Of a stretch of 48,271 nucleotides of DNA, positions 1 through 7,536 are shown piece after piece. The notes under the pieces were generated by a model. The model did no database searches. It was not told where the DNA came from and saw only the letters and a list, made by a program, of their open reading frames with translations. Source of the stretch: a virus; IMG/VR virus record IMGVR_UViG_3300021082_000006. One strand, given 5' to 3'. Made by a program: the position numbers and the translations under genes. Position 1 is the first letter of the stretch. Every line of letters begins with the position of its first letter.

Positions 1-127
1 CTGACGGAGGACATTCAGAGTGGGGACCGTGCCGCGGTGGCGAACGATGCCGCCGGCCTGGTCGGCCTCCGCCCCCGTTATGTTCGGCCCGGCCAGTACC
101 AGCAGCGGGCGCAGTACGAGCTCGAGC
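1..127. repeat. Terminal direct repeat, left copy. It is identical to 48145-48271 and looks like a contig-end overlap, implying a circular or circularly permuted 48,144-bp genome.
   Basis: I compared both ends base by base (ctgacggaggacattcagag...cagtacgagctcgagc). The repeat lies inside an ORF and keeps its phase, since 48144 is divisible by 3. Confidence 0.95.
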
Positions 128-273
128 AGGCGTTGATGGACGCGAAGCAGCGGCTCCGGCAGGGGCTCCGCAAGAGCCAGCGCCCGGAGCGGGATGAGGA
201 CCTCTACGACGAGTACGAGAACCGCGCACGCCGAGCACAGGAACGCTACATCGACCGGACCACGGCAGAGTGA
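1..273 (+). CDS. 3' end (last 90 codons plus TGA at 271-273) of the giant wrap-around ORF that starts at 38326.
   Basis: Same phase as the ORF that is open at the window end. The listed ORF 37..273 is only the part after an internal GTG. Confidence 0.85.
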   Translation: MTEDIQSGDRAAVANDAAGLVGLRPRYVRPGQYQQRAQYELEQALMDAKQRLRQGLRKSQRPERDEDLYDEYENRARRAQERYIDRTTAE

Positions 274-596
274 CGCTCGAGCTGGCCCTGGTGGCCCTGC
301 TCCTCCTCGCCGCGGCCCCGGTGGTGGCCCAGGTGCCGGTCCTCGCCCCCACGGCGGAGGGCTGTTGCATCAGCGTGACGGAATATTTTCGGATGCGTGA
401 TAGCCTGGTCGTGCAGCTCACCAACACGCGGGCGGACTACCAGGCGCTCCGGGACAGCCTCAACCATAAGGCTCCGCAGTTCACCATCGCCGTCGCCCTG
501 GGGCCGGGTGTGTTCTACAGTTTCGATGAGAAGCGGCTGGTCAGTGGGTTCGGGGTCACCATCGGGGTTCGGCTGGCGAAGATCAAAATATTCTGA
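270..596 (+). CDS. Small secreted protein with an N-terminal signal peptide (LALVALLLLAAAPVVAQ). The C-terminus GFGVTIGVRLAKIKIF resembles a terminal beta-strand. Function unknown.
   Basis: GTG 270 overlaps the giant ORF stop (GTGA). Third codon positions are G/C-rich (high GC3). Hydrophobic leader. Confidence 0.65.
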   Translation: MTLELALVALLLLAAAPVVAQVPVLAPTAEGCCISVTEYFRMRDSLVVQLTNTRADYQALRDSLNHKAPQFTIAVALGPGVFYSFDEKRLVSGFGVTIGVRLAKIKIF

Positions 597-608
597 GGGG
601 GAGGTCCT

Positions 609-1544
609 ATGCGTCGTCTTGCGATCCTGACTTTCGTGCTGCTGGCCGCAGCGACCGGCGCCAAGGCGCTCCGGCGCCCGGACGCGCCGGCCCTGCCGCC
701 CATGAACGGCGCCGTGACCATGACGGTGATGGAGGCCGTGCTGCCGGATGCGAACGGGCAGCAGAGCGGCACCCCTGGCGTTATCACTATCACGCCGGCA
801 CCGGGCTACAACATGGAGCTCCCTGGGGATACGCTGGCGTACAACATCACATGGGGCGCCGGCCCGCGGGCGACCGGGTACGCGGTCACGGTCAACGCCA
901 CGCCGAGCACCGGCTGGCTCAACCTGCCGAACGGCTTCATCCAGACCGGGACGGTGTTCCTGCTTCGAGCGGTGAACACCACGCAGCCGGACGTGAACTT
1001 CACGGTGACCGTGTGCTCGAGGAAGGGCACCACGACCTACACCAACAAGTGCAGTGTGGCGTCCTGGGCGGTCACCCGTATCCCCGGCCCCCCTGGTATC
1101 CCGACTGTCGATTCGTCCATGACCATCGTGGGGCTCCGCGAGTGGGAAATGCTGCCAGAAACCGCCAACGTGTGGACGACCATTTCCGCGGCGCAGTGGT
1201 CCGCCTGGGACGCCGCCTGCACGGGCTGCTCGCAGGGGTACAAGGACAGCGTACACGTCAACTACACCCAGCACGCGCAGATGCAGTTCTGCTCGATTGG
1301 GCACTTCACCGACAACAGCCGCTACCCCCTGGGATACTTCGGGGCGCCGGCGGATTCGGTATACTGCCTCAATCAGACCCAGCTCAAGTACCCCGGAGTC
1401 GGCAACAGCCCGAATGCGCGGGCGCTGGCAAAGACCATTTGCATCAACTACCGCACCGAGGGCGCGCCCACGCCGGGCACGATCACGCCGATGCTGTGCG
1501 AGCCCCCGTACCAGCCGACGACGCCGGGCACCGCCCCGAGCTGA
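609..1544 (+). CDS. Secreted Cys-rich protein with a signal peptide and an FN3-like segment (YNITWGAGPRATGYAVTVNATPS). Function unknown.
   Basis: Strong SD (GGGGGAGG) 6 nt upstream of ATG 609. Leader is MRRLAILTFVLLAAATGAKA. High GC3. Confidence 0.75.
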   Translation: MRRLAILTFVLLAAATGAKALRRPDAPALPPMNGAVTMTVMEAVLPDANGQQSGTPGVITITPAPGYNMELPGDTLAYNITWGAGPRATGYAVTVNATPSTGWLNLPNGFIQTGTVFLLRAVNTTQPDVNFTVTVCSRKGTTTYTNKCSVASWAVTRIPGPPGIPTVDSSMTIVGLREWEMLPETANVWTTISAAQWSAWDAACTGCSQGYKDSVHVNYTQHAQMQFCSIGHFTDNSRYPLGYFGAPADSVYCLNQTQLKYPGVGNSPNARALAKTICINYRTEGAPTPGTITPMLCEPPYQPTTPGTAPS

Positions 1545-1546
1545 CG

Positions 1547-1822
1547 ATGCGGCGGAAGAAGAAGGGCCGGCCTCCCCGGACGTATACGGCGGCTCCCAGC
1601 TTCGAGCGCGCCCAGGTGTTGGGGGCGTATCTTGATGAGCTCGAGTACGACCCCGCGACCTTGAAGCGGGTGTGGTGGGACCGCGCCCAGCGCAACATCC
1701 GGCGCGTTCTCGCGTTCAACGAGCAGAAGCTCGCCTCGCATGTGCGTGACTTGGCCCGGCTGACCCGGAGAAAAAAGCATGGCGACGAACAGATGATGAA
1801 GGTCGTCCTCCTGGCCGGGTAA
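1547..1822 (+). CDS. Small basic protein (91 aa, MRRKKKGRPPR...). Function unknown.
   Basis: Internal ATG of listed ORF 851..1822. GC3 becomes high only from 1547 onward. Starts 3 nt after the upstream stop. Confidence 0.6.
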   Translation: MRRKKKGRPPRTYTAAPSFERAQVLGAYLDELEYDPATLKRVWWDRAQRNIRRVLAFNEQKLASHVRDLARLTRRKKHGDEQMMKVVLLAG

Positions 1823-1863
1823 CTGTGGGACCGTTTCCAACCCTCACCGATGGAGAACACGCT

Positions 1864-2565
1864 ATGTCCAAGAAGCCATTTCTGGCGCTGATTACGCCGC
1901 TTGGCGCCCCGCCGGGCGGTGGTGGTGGCGGCGGCGGCGACCCCGTGTATCCCGACCACACGCTGCCGGACTCCGGGCCGGGGCTTTCGCTCCCGATCTT
2001 CTGGCCCCCCGGCTCCCAGCGTCCGCCCTGGGCGGGCGGGGCGCCGCTCCCGCCGACCGGCGGCGGCGAGCCCGTGTATCCCGATCAGGGATTGCCGAGC
2101 ACGCCACCGGAGCCGTCGCTCCCGATCTTTTTCCCGCCGGGCGCGCCGCGTCCACCCTGGGCGGGTGGTCCTATCGGGCCGGGCACCGAGCCACCCATCG
2201 ACCCCGATCCGCCACACGTCGCCTTCCCCATCGCGCCGGGTGGTCCGATCCTGTGGCTCCCGATCTTCTTCCCGCCCGGAGCTCCGCGTCCACCATGGGC
2301 TGGTGGTCCGAAGCCCCCGGAGCCGGTTGAGCCGGGCACCGAGCCGCCCACGGGCGGGCAGGGCGGTCAGCTTCCGGCCAGCGATCCCGAGGGGAGCGGC
2401 TGGGTGTTCTGCTTCGTCCCAGGCTACGGCTGGATGTGGGCGAAGGTGCCGAGCGTGGGTGGCGGCGATCCGCCGTACATCGACAATCGGCCACCGAGCG
2501 AGGTCCCGATCATCGACGCCGACTTCCCGACGCATCAGCCCGGCGAGTCGAAGAAGAAGAAGTAG
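1864..2565 (+). CDS. Pro/Gly-rich repeat protein with three copies of ...PVYPD..LP...SLPIF(F/W)PPGAPRPPWAGG..., a Gly8 run and an aromatic C-terminus.
   Basis: ATG 1864 with GGAG 8 nt upstream (the listed ORF starts at GTG 1825). Repeats are readable in both protein and DNA. Confidence 0.7.
   Translation: MSKKPFLALITPLGAPPGGGGGGGGDPVYPDHTLPDSGPGLSLPIFWPPGSQRPPWAGGAPLPPTGGGEPVYPDQGLPSTPPEPSLPIFFPPGAPRPPWAGGPIGPGTEPPIDPDPPHVAFPIAPGGPILWLPIFFPPGAPRPPWAGGPKPPEPVEPGTEPPTGGQGGQLPASDPEGSGWVFCFVPGYGWMWAKVPSVGGGDPPYIDNRPPSEVPIIDADFPTHQPGESKKKK
1990..2307 (+). repeat. Three imperfect ~51-bp direct repeats (1990-2040, 2119-2169, 2257-2307) encoding LPIF(F/W)PPG..RPPWAGG.
   Basis: ctcccgatcttc...ccgccctgggcgggcggg and its variants, read directly. 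Confidence 0.85.
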
Positions 2566-2574
2566 GAGGACACG

Positions 2575-2706
2575 ATGCCGCTCAAGAAGGGCTCGAGCCA
2601 GAAGGTGGTGTCGAGCAACATCAAGACCGAGCTCAAGGCCGGGAAGCCGCGGAAGCAGGCCATCGCGGTCGCGCTGAACAAGGCTGGCAAGAGCCGGAAG
2701 AAGTAG
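2575..2706 (+). CDS. 43-aa lysine-rich protein [43 protein letters not shown]. The KQAIA(I/V)AL motif is reminiscent of the DUF6496-type small protein family.
   Basis: Below the track's size cut-off. Perfect SD (AGGAGGA at 2564-2570), then ATG 2575. TAG at 2704-2706. Confidence 0.65.
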   Translation: MPLKKGSSQKVVSSNIKTELKAGKPRKQAIAVALNKAGKSRKK

Positions 2707-2784
2707 ATTGCAGGGAAGGCGGGCCGAAAGGGTTGGGTTATCCTCTGGAGATACTAACCAGCCTGTTGTCCTTGTCCGCCCCAG

Positions 2785-2823
2785 GCGCCCCCCGTCAACG
2801 CGACCGGGGGGCGTCTTGCGTTT
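2785..2823 (+). terminator. Rho-independent terminator that ends the late/wrap-around transcription unit.
   Basis: GC stem gcgccccccg (2785-2794) pairs with cggggggcgt (2805-2814). It is followed by the tail cTTGCGTTT. Confidence 0.75.
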
Positions 2824-2844
2824 CCCCCCGCGGTCCCGTAAACT
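2816..2844 (+). promoter_or_regulatory. Candidate sigma70-type early promoter: -35 TTGCGT (2816-2821), 17-nt spacer, -10 TAAACT (2839-2844).
   Basis: Hexamers and spacing read directly. It sits between the terminator and the first early gene. Confidence 0.45.
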
Positions 2845-2890
2845 ACTCCCCACGTTTACCCCGTATCCCTCAAGCGACAGGAGCCCCTCA

Positions 2891-3136
2891 ATGGCGACCG
2901 TAGCAGCCGAGCCCGTTAAGCGAAGTGCCCGCATTTCCGCGGCCATCACCCCGGAGCAGTCCACCCAGGTGCGCCAGATGTGTCTAGCGACCGGCATGGA
3001 TGCCTCCCAGCTCCTCCACCTGGCCGGCGTGGGTGCGCTGGTTGCCGCCGCGGCCAAGCTCCGGCCTGGCGTGACCAAGAGCGGGGCACTTCGGCTCCTC
3101 TCGAAGGAAGCCCAGCGGGCCGCGGAGAGCATCTAA
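2891..3136 (+). CDS. Small DNA-binding protein, probably ribbon-helix-helix (CopG/MobC-like). Candidate early regulator.
   Basis: ATG 2891 with AGGAG 8 nt upstream. The pattern RSARISAAITPEQSTQVRQMCLATGMDASQLL fits beta-strand/helix/helix RHH proteins. Confidence 0.5.
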   Translation: MATVAAEPVKRSARISAAITPEQSTQVRQMCLATGMDASQLLHLAGVGALVAAAAKLRPGVTKSGALRLLSKEAQRAAESI

Positions 3137-3156
3137 CCCTCACGAAGGAGTCTCGA

Positions 3157-4134
3157 ATGCTGACGCAGGAACAGAAGGCCCTCCGCCGGAAGGGGGTCGG
3201 CGCCTCGGAAGTGGCTGCGGTGCTGGGCCTCTCCCATTGGCAGACCCCCTTGATGGTCTACCTGGACAAGATTGGGCAGGGCGCGCCGGAGGACCCGGAC
3301 GCGATTGGGCCAGCGTGGTTCGGGCACCAGCTCGAGCCCGTGATCGTGGCCGCGTATCAGAAGCGGCACCCGGACGTGAAGCTGGTGGCGGTCGATACCG
3401 TGCCCCACCCGGCGCTCCCCTGGGCGCTGGCAACCCTCGACCGGAAGGTGTTGCCAAAGGACGGCGGGACCTTCTACCCGCTCGAGTGCAAGAGCCGGGT
3501 CTGGCGCACCGCCGGCGAGTTCGGCAAGGCGTCGGAGCAGGGCACCGACATTGTGCCGGACGATGTGATGTGCCAGGCGCAGTGGCAGATGTTCGTGACC
3601 GAGACGGATCGGTGTGACGTGGCGGTGCTGATCGACGGCAGCGACTACCGCGAGTTTACCGTGTGGCGGAACAACAAGCTCATCGACAGCATCTACGAGG
3701 AAGTGCGGGCGTTTTGGTTCGGCAACGTGGTGGCGCGGGTGGAGCCCCCGCCGCTGGCGATGGACAACCGCGAACGGACCCTCGAGCGGCTGTTCCCGAA
3801 GCAGACGGGCGCGATGGTGGAGACGCTCACCGAGGACGAGGAGGACCTCCTCCATCGGTTCGTGGCGGCGAAGCGGGTGCTCAAGCAGTGCGGGGACGAG
3901 GTGGACCTCCGCGCCGCGCAGGTGAAGGCGTGGCTCGGGGACCGCGAGGGCGTGAAGCTGCCCGAGGTGGGCCTCTCGATCACCTGGCGCAACAACAAGG
4001 ATTCCGAGGTCGTGGACTGGAAGGGCTTGGCCCTCGAGCTCAAGCCGGCACCGGCACTCATCAAGCAGCACACCACCATCAAGCCGGGTCCTCGCGTGTT
4101 CCGGCCCACCATCAAGGGAATGCCCAATGACTAG
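3157..4134 (+). CDS. YqaJ-type (lambda Exo-like, PD-(D/E)XK) recombination exonuclease.
   Basis: N-terminal GVGASEVAAVLGLSHWQTP, then ...LECKS... and QAQWQM motifs typical of YqaJ. SD context GGAGTCTCGAATG. Confidence 0.8.
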   Translation: MLTQEQKALRRKGVGASEVAAVLGLSHWQTPLMVYLDKIGQGAPEDPDAIGPAWFGHQLEPVIVAAYQKRHPDVKLVAVDTVPHPALPWALATLDRKVLPKDGGTFYPLECKSRVWRTAGEFGKASEQGTDIVPDDVMCQAQWQMFVTETDRCDVAVLIDGSDYREFTVWRNNKLIDSIYEEVRAFWFGNVVARVEPPPLAMDNRERTLERLFPKQTGAMVETLTEDEEDLLHRFVAAKRVLKQCGDEVDLRAAQVKAWLGDREGVKLPEVGLSITWRNNKDSEVVDWKGLALELKPAPALIKQHTTIKPGPRVFRPTIKGMPND

Positions 4135-5149
4135 CCCGGCAGAAGGGACCGCCCTGGTACCGGCGGAGAAGAACGCAGTGGCCGAAACCTCGAGCTCCGC
4201 GGTGGCCGCCAGGGAACGGGCGCAAGTTGAAGCCCGGTTCCTCATGGCCTTGAGGATGCCCCGCGACCCGGAAGCGGCCCGGCTCCGGCTCCTCAAGGCG
4301 TGCAAGCGCCCTGGCTTCGCGGAAACCGCCCGGTACATGAAGCCGGTGGGGCGGACCAAGGTGGAGGGCCTGTCCATCCGGTTCGCGGAGGAAGCGGCCC
4401 GGCTCTGGGGCAACGTCGCGGTGGACGTGGTGGTGGTGTTCGATGATGCCGAGCGCCGCATCTACCGGATTGCCGGCGTGGACCTCGAGACGAACAGCAC
4501 CAGCGCCCAAGACCTGATCGTGGAGAAGTTCATCGAGCGGCGGACGGCCCGCCCCGGCCAGGTGGTTATCAGCTCGCGCCAGAACACCAACGGCGAGGTG
4601 GTCTACCTGCTCGAGGCCAGCGAGGATGAAGTCTTTGTGAAGGCCAACGCCGGCATTTCCAAGATTCGCCGCAACATCATCCTGACCCTCATCCCCTCCG
4701 ACATTCAGGAGGAGGCAGAGCGGGAAATCGTGGCGACGATGGAGACGCGGGACCGGGTGGACCCGGAGGGGGCGAAGAAGGACCTGTTCCGGCGGTTCTT
4801 CACGCTGGGGGTGCAGCCGAAGCAGCTTGTGGACCTCCTCGGGACCACCCTCGAGGCGACCATCACGCCGGCGCAGCTCACCCTCCTGCGGAGCTGGCAC
4901 ACGGCGCTCAAGGAGGGGGCGGCGACCTGGCTCGAGCTGGAAGGGTCTTTCGCGGGGGAGAGCACCAAGGCGACCGCGGCCAGCGACCTCCAGAGCCGTC
5001 TGGAGGCCCGGAAGAAGAAGGGTGGGGCCAAGGAGCCTCAAGTGCCGGTCGGGCCTCAGCGGGCCGCACAGGACGAAATCGACAACCTGGCGCTGGACCG
5101 TGAGCTCGCGCTCGGGGACGCCCAGCGTGAGCCGGGAGAGGAGGGATGA
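4127..5149 (+). CDS. Putative single-strand annealing / recombination partner protein. Family not identified.
   Basis: Lies immediately downstream of, and overlapping, the YqaJ exonuclease gene. 340 aa with high GC3. I could not place its sequence in RecT, ERF or Rad52 by eye. Confidence 0.4.
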   Translation: MTSPAEGTALVPAEKNAVAETSSSAVAARERAQVEARFLMALRMPRDPEAARLRLLKACKRPGFAETARYMKPVGRTKVEGLSIRFAEEAARLWGNVAVDVVVVFDDAERRIYRIAGVDLETNSTSAQDLIVEKFIERRTARPGQVVISSRQNTNGEVVYLLEASEDEVFVKANAGISKIRRNIILTLIPSDIQEEAEREIVATMETRDRVDPEGAKKDLFRRFFTLGVQPKQLVDLLGTTLEATITPAQLTLLRSWHTALKEGAATWLELEGSFAGESTKATAASDLQSRLEARKKKGGAKEPQVPVGPQRAAQDEIDNLALDRELALGDAQREPGEEG

Positions 5150-5152
5150 GCC

Positions 5153-5380
5153 GTGACCAAGATCGACCGCGGAAACCCCGTGCCCGCCGAACGGTGCCGC
5201 AACTGCTCCGGGCCGATCTACCAGCCCCGGAGCCTGACGCACGACGGTTTCGTGGCGCGCCGGTGGTGCCACAAGTGCCAGCTCTGGATGGACCAGGGGC
5301 GCCCGCTCAACGACCGGGAGAAGAAGCCGGCTGGGAGCCGCCGGAAATCCTCCAGTGGCTCACGCGGGGAGCGGGAGTGA
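5153..5380 (+). CDS. Small Zn-ribbon protein (CRNC...CHKC).
   Basis: High GC3 from 5153 to about 5335. Two CxxC pairs. The 3' end is uncertain (see the frame-switch finding). Confidence 0.55.
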   Translation: MTKIDRGNPVPAERCRNCSGPIYQPRSLTHDGFVARRWCHKCQLWMDQGRPLNDREKKPAGSRRKSSSGSRGERE

Positions 5381-5472
5381 TTGTCGGGCGCTTCAACCGG
5401 GTCCAGCGGGTCCGGGTCCTCGAGGCGCTCGACCTGGACGTACCCACATTCGCACGATGGGAGGGCAAATGA
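5263..5472 (+). CDS. Coding signal in the other frame (WEPPEILQWLTRGAGVIVGRFNRVQRVRVLEALDLDVPTFARWEGK). The start is unresolved: GTG 5263/5266/5275, ATG 5146, or a frameshift fusion with 5153..5380.
   Basis: GC3 in this frame is high only from about 5336 onward. The stop overlaps the next ATG (ATGA). Confidence 0.35.
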   Translation: MVPQVPALDGPGAPAQRPGEEAGWEPPEILQWLTRGAGVIVGRFNRVQRVRVLEALDLDVPTFARWEGK

Positions 5473-5834
5473 CCCGAGCTCTTGCGTGTCTCGCGCTGGT
5501 GTTCCTGGTGGGCTGCTCCTCCGTCGCGGAACCGGAGCCCGAGCCGGCGCTCCCGCCCGAGCTGGCCCTGGCGGACAGCATGATGAAGGTGATGGAGCCC
5601 AAGATCATGTTTATGACCCAGCCCGGCACCGGGGGCACCAGCGACCCCGACTGCCAGGCCGCGTTGCGGGAGCTGGCGGCGGCGACCACCGCGTACCTCT
5701 GGACGCTCAACCTTCTCCGCACGGCCCCGAGTACGGCGAACTCTATGGCGGCGATCATCGCGGCCATGTTCTACACGAACGCTTCGCTCAACGTGATCGC
5801 CAAGTGTGAACCGACCTATCTGAGGCCCGCATGA
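5469..5834 (+). CDS. Lipoprotein (lipobox LVGC).
   Basis: MTRALACLALVFLVGCSS. ATGA overlap with the upstream stop. Confidence 0.7.
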   Translation: MTRALACLALVFLVGCSSVAEPEPEPALPPELALADSMMKVMEPKIMFMTQPGTGGTSDPDCQAALRELAAATTAYLWTLNLLRTAPSTANSMAAIIAAMFYTNASLNVIAKCEPTYLRPA

Positions 5835-6016
5835 GAAAGCACCTGTGGTTGGTATTCGCGGCGGTGATCCCGGTCGGGCTGCTGATCGCCCTGGGCTGGG
5901 GGCCGCGTAGCTGGAAGCCGTTCCTGTCGCCCGAGGTCAGCACGGGAATCGTGCTGCTGGGCTGCTGCTGGTTCCTGTGGCAGACGTTCAGGCAGCGGAA
6001 GCACCCGCCGGCGTAA
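5831..6016 (+). CDS. Small membrane protein with two predicted TM helices.
   Basis: ATGA overlap. Hydrophobic stretches LWLVFAAVIPVGLLIALGW and GIVLLGCCWFLW. Confidence 0.65.
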   Translation: MRKHLWLVFAAVIPVGLLIALGWGPRSWKPFLSPEVSTGIVLLGCCWFLWQTFRQRKHPPA

Positions 6017-6100
6017 GGGGTGCAGATTCTCGCACTGGTAAGGGGTGTTATGTTTCACGCACGCGGATTTGACGGTTCGCGGACAGTCACAATCAGTTGA

Positions 6101-6178
6101 GAGCCCCCGGCTATTTCGGTGCCACCGCTTGCTCCTCGCGGTGGGCGTCACCCGAGAGACACCGGGGGCTCGTTTTTT
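6101..6178 (+). terminator. Compound hairpin plus T6 tract. It could be a terminator, an attenuator or a small structured RNA, and lies just upstream of the HNH gene.
   Basis: Outer 10-bp stem gagcccccgg (6101-6110) pairs with ccgggggctc (6162-6171). Inner stem ccaccgc (6122-6128) pairs with gcggtgg (6138-6144). Followed by gTTTTTTgg (6173-6178). Confidence 0.6.
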
Positions 6179-6190
6179 GGGAACCCCACT

Positions 6191-6778
6191 ATGGGAGACG
6201 AGGCAGTAGGGCGGAAGCCGCTGGGGAAGAAGGTCCGGTTCGAGGTGTTCAAGCGGGACCGCTTCGTGTGCCGGTACTGCGGGCAGACACCGCCCGAGGT
6301 AGTGCTCGAAATCGACCACATCATCCCGCTGGCCGCGAACGGCACGAACGAGGTGGACAACCTCGTTACGGCCTGTTTCGCGTGCAACCGAGGCAAGGGC
6401 GCGAACGGCCTGGGCAAGGTGGTGCCGGTGCTGGACGAGCTGGCCGTCCGGGAGGGGCTCCAAGAGATAGCCGAGCGCCGGCTGCTCCTCGAGCAGCAGA
6501 AGGCCGGCGTGGATGCGCGGCGCGAGGCGGAGGATTACGCCTTTTGTACCGTCGTGCAGTGGTGGGACGACGCCATGCCGGGTTTCGGGGAGCTCTACCT
6601 GGAGAAGCTGTCGGTGGTCCGCTTCGCGGAGCGGATCGGGCTGGAGGAGGTATTCGGCGCGATTCAGTCAACGGCCAGGTGGTGGGAGCGGAGCGGCGCC
6701 AATAGCTATGCCGCAAAGGGCGCCCCCAGATACTTCTACAAGATTTGCTGGGAACGCATCCGGGAGCTCGAGCTGTGA
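6191..6778 (+). CDS. HNH endonuclease.
   Basis: FKRDRFVCRYCG...LEIDHIIPLAANGTNEVDNLVTACFACNRGKG. ATG 6191 follows the terminator-like element. Confidence 0.85.
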   Translation: MGDEAVGRKPLGKKVRFEVFKRDRFVCRYCGQTPPEVVLEIDHIIPLAANGTNEVDNLVTACFACNRGKGANGLGKVVPVLDELAVREGLQEIAERRLLLEQQKAGVDARREAEDYAFCTVVQWWDDAMPGFGELYLEKLSVVRFAERIGLEEVFGAIQSTARWWERSGANSYAAKGAPRYFYKICWERIRELEL

Positions 6779-6789
6779 AGCGCCCGGCG

Positions 6790-7536
6790 ATGCCGCTCTA
6801 CGTCAAGGATTGGCTCCTCAGCAAGTCAGTGCGCCGCATGGGCCTGGCCGGGAGAGGCGCCTTCGTGGAGCTGCTGGCGCACCAGTGGATGGACGGGCCG
6901 CTCGAGGTGGAGCCGGACGACCTCCGGGCATTGGTTGGGGCAACGGTCAGGGAATGGCCGGCCATATGGCGCAGGCTCGAGCCGCTGTTCCCGGTGGTCG
7001 ATGGCGGGCGGGTCAACGCGGTCCTCGAGGGTCACCGCGCCGAGCGGGATGCCTACTTCGCCCGGCAGTCTGAGAAGGGCCGTAAGGGCGCCGAGGCTCG
7101 ATGGCACAGGGATGGCACAGGCATACCGGAGGCAATGGCCGAAAATGGCCTTGCGGTTGCGGTTGCGGTTGCGGTTAACAACTCTCCCCCACCAGCGGGT
7201 GAAACGGCGGTGAACCAGTTGCTCGACCAGGCGGGCCGGGACTTCGGGGAGGCGAAGGCCATCGGTTGGGCGGCAGAGCTCCGCATGATGCAGCAGGGGG
7301 GTAGGGGGGCGGAATACACCTGTACGGCGGACCAGTTGGAAACCGCGTGCCGGGAGCTGCTCCTCCAGACACCGACCGGGCAGAAGTTGAGCATGAAGGC
7401 CCTACAAGGGTTCGTCCGACGAGCGGTGAAACCGCTCACGGTGGCGAAGGCAAGCGCGCTCCCGGAGGAGCCCGAAGGGCGCATGGCGAAGATGATCCGC
7501 GAGGCCATCGGCAACGACTCAACGAGGAGGAAGTGA
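6790..7536 (+). CDS. DUF1376 (YdaU-like) protein, a replication-associated family in phages.
   Basis: N-terminus MPLYVKDWLLSKSVRRMGLAGRGAFVELLAHQW. An alternative GTG 6775 overlaps the upstream stop. Confidence 0.65.
   Translation: MPLYVKDWLLSKSVRRMGLAGRGAFVELLAHQWMDGPLEVEPDDLRALVGATVREWPAIWRRLEPLFPVVDGGRVNAVLEGHRAERDAYFARQSEKGRKGAEARWHRDGTGIPEAMAENGLAVAVAVAVNNSPPPAGETAVNQLLDQAGRDFGEAKAIGWAAELRMMQQGGRGAEYTCTADQLETACRELLLQTPTGQKLSMKALQGFVRRAVKPLTVAKASALPEEPEGRMAKMIREAIGNDSTRRK
7153..7176 (+). repeat. Hexanucleotide microsatellite (GCGGTT)x4 encoding AVAVAVAV.
   Basis: Read directly. Confidence 0.9.

Noticed and set aside
1-127. Genuine T7-type direct terminal repeats.
   Set aside because: The repeat lies inside an in-phase coding sequence, and its length equals a common assembler k-mer (127). 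It was therefore interpreted as a circularisation overlap. It still needs read-level confirmation.
1864-2565. A collagen-like or tail-fibre collagen repeat.
   Set aside because: There is no Gly-X-Y triplet periodicity. The repeats are ~43-aa Pro/Trp units.
851-2677. Long + strand alternative-frame ORFs (851..1822, 1901..2677 and many others with Arg/Pro/Gly-rich products).
   Set aside because: They are out-of-frame read-throughs of real genes. Only the segments with G/C-rich third positions and a proper start context were kept, for example 1547..1822.
6101-6171. Possible tRNA (a 71-nt element with a 7-10-bp terminal stem).
   Set aside because: It has no D-arm or T-arm (no GTTCRA T-loop). 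The central hairpin has a 7-bp stem and a 9-nt loop rather than the 5-bp/7-nt anticodon arm. A T6 tract follows, as in a terminator.
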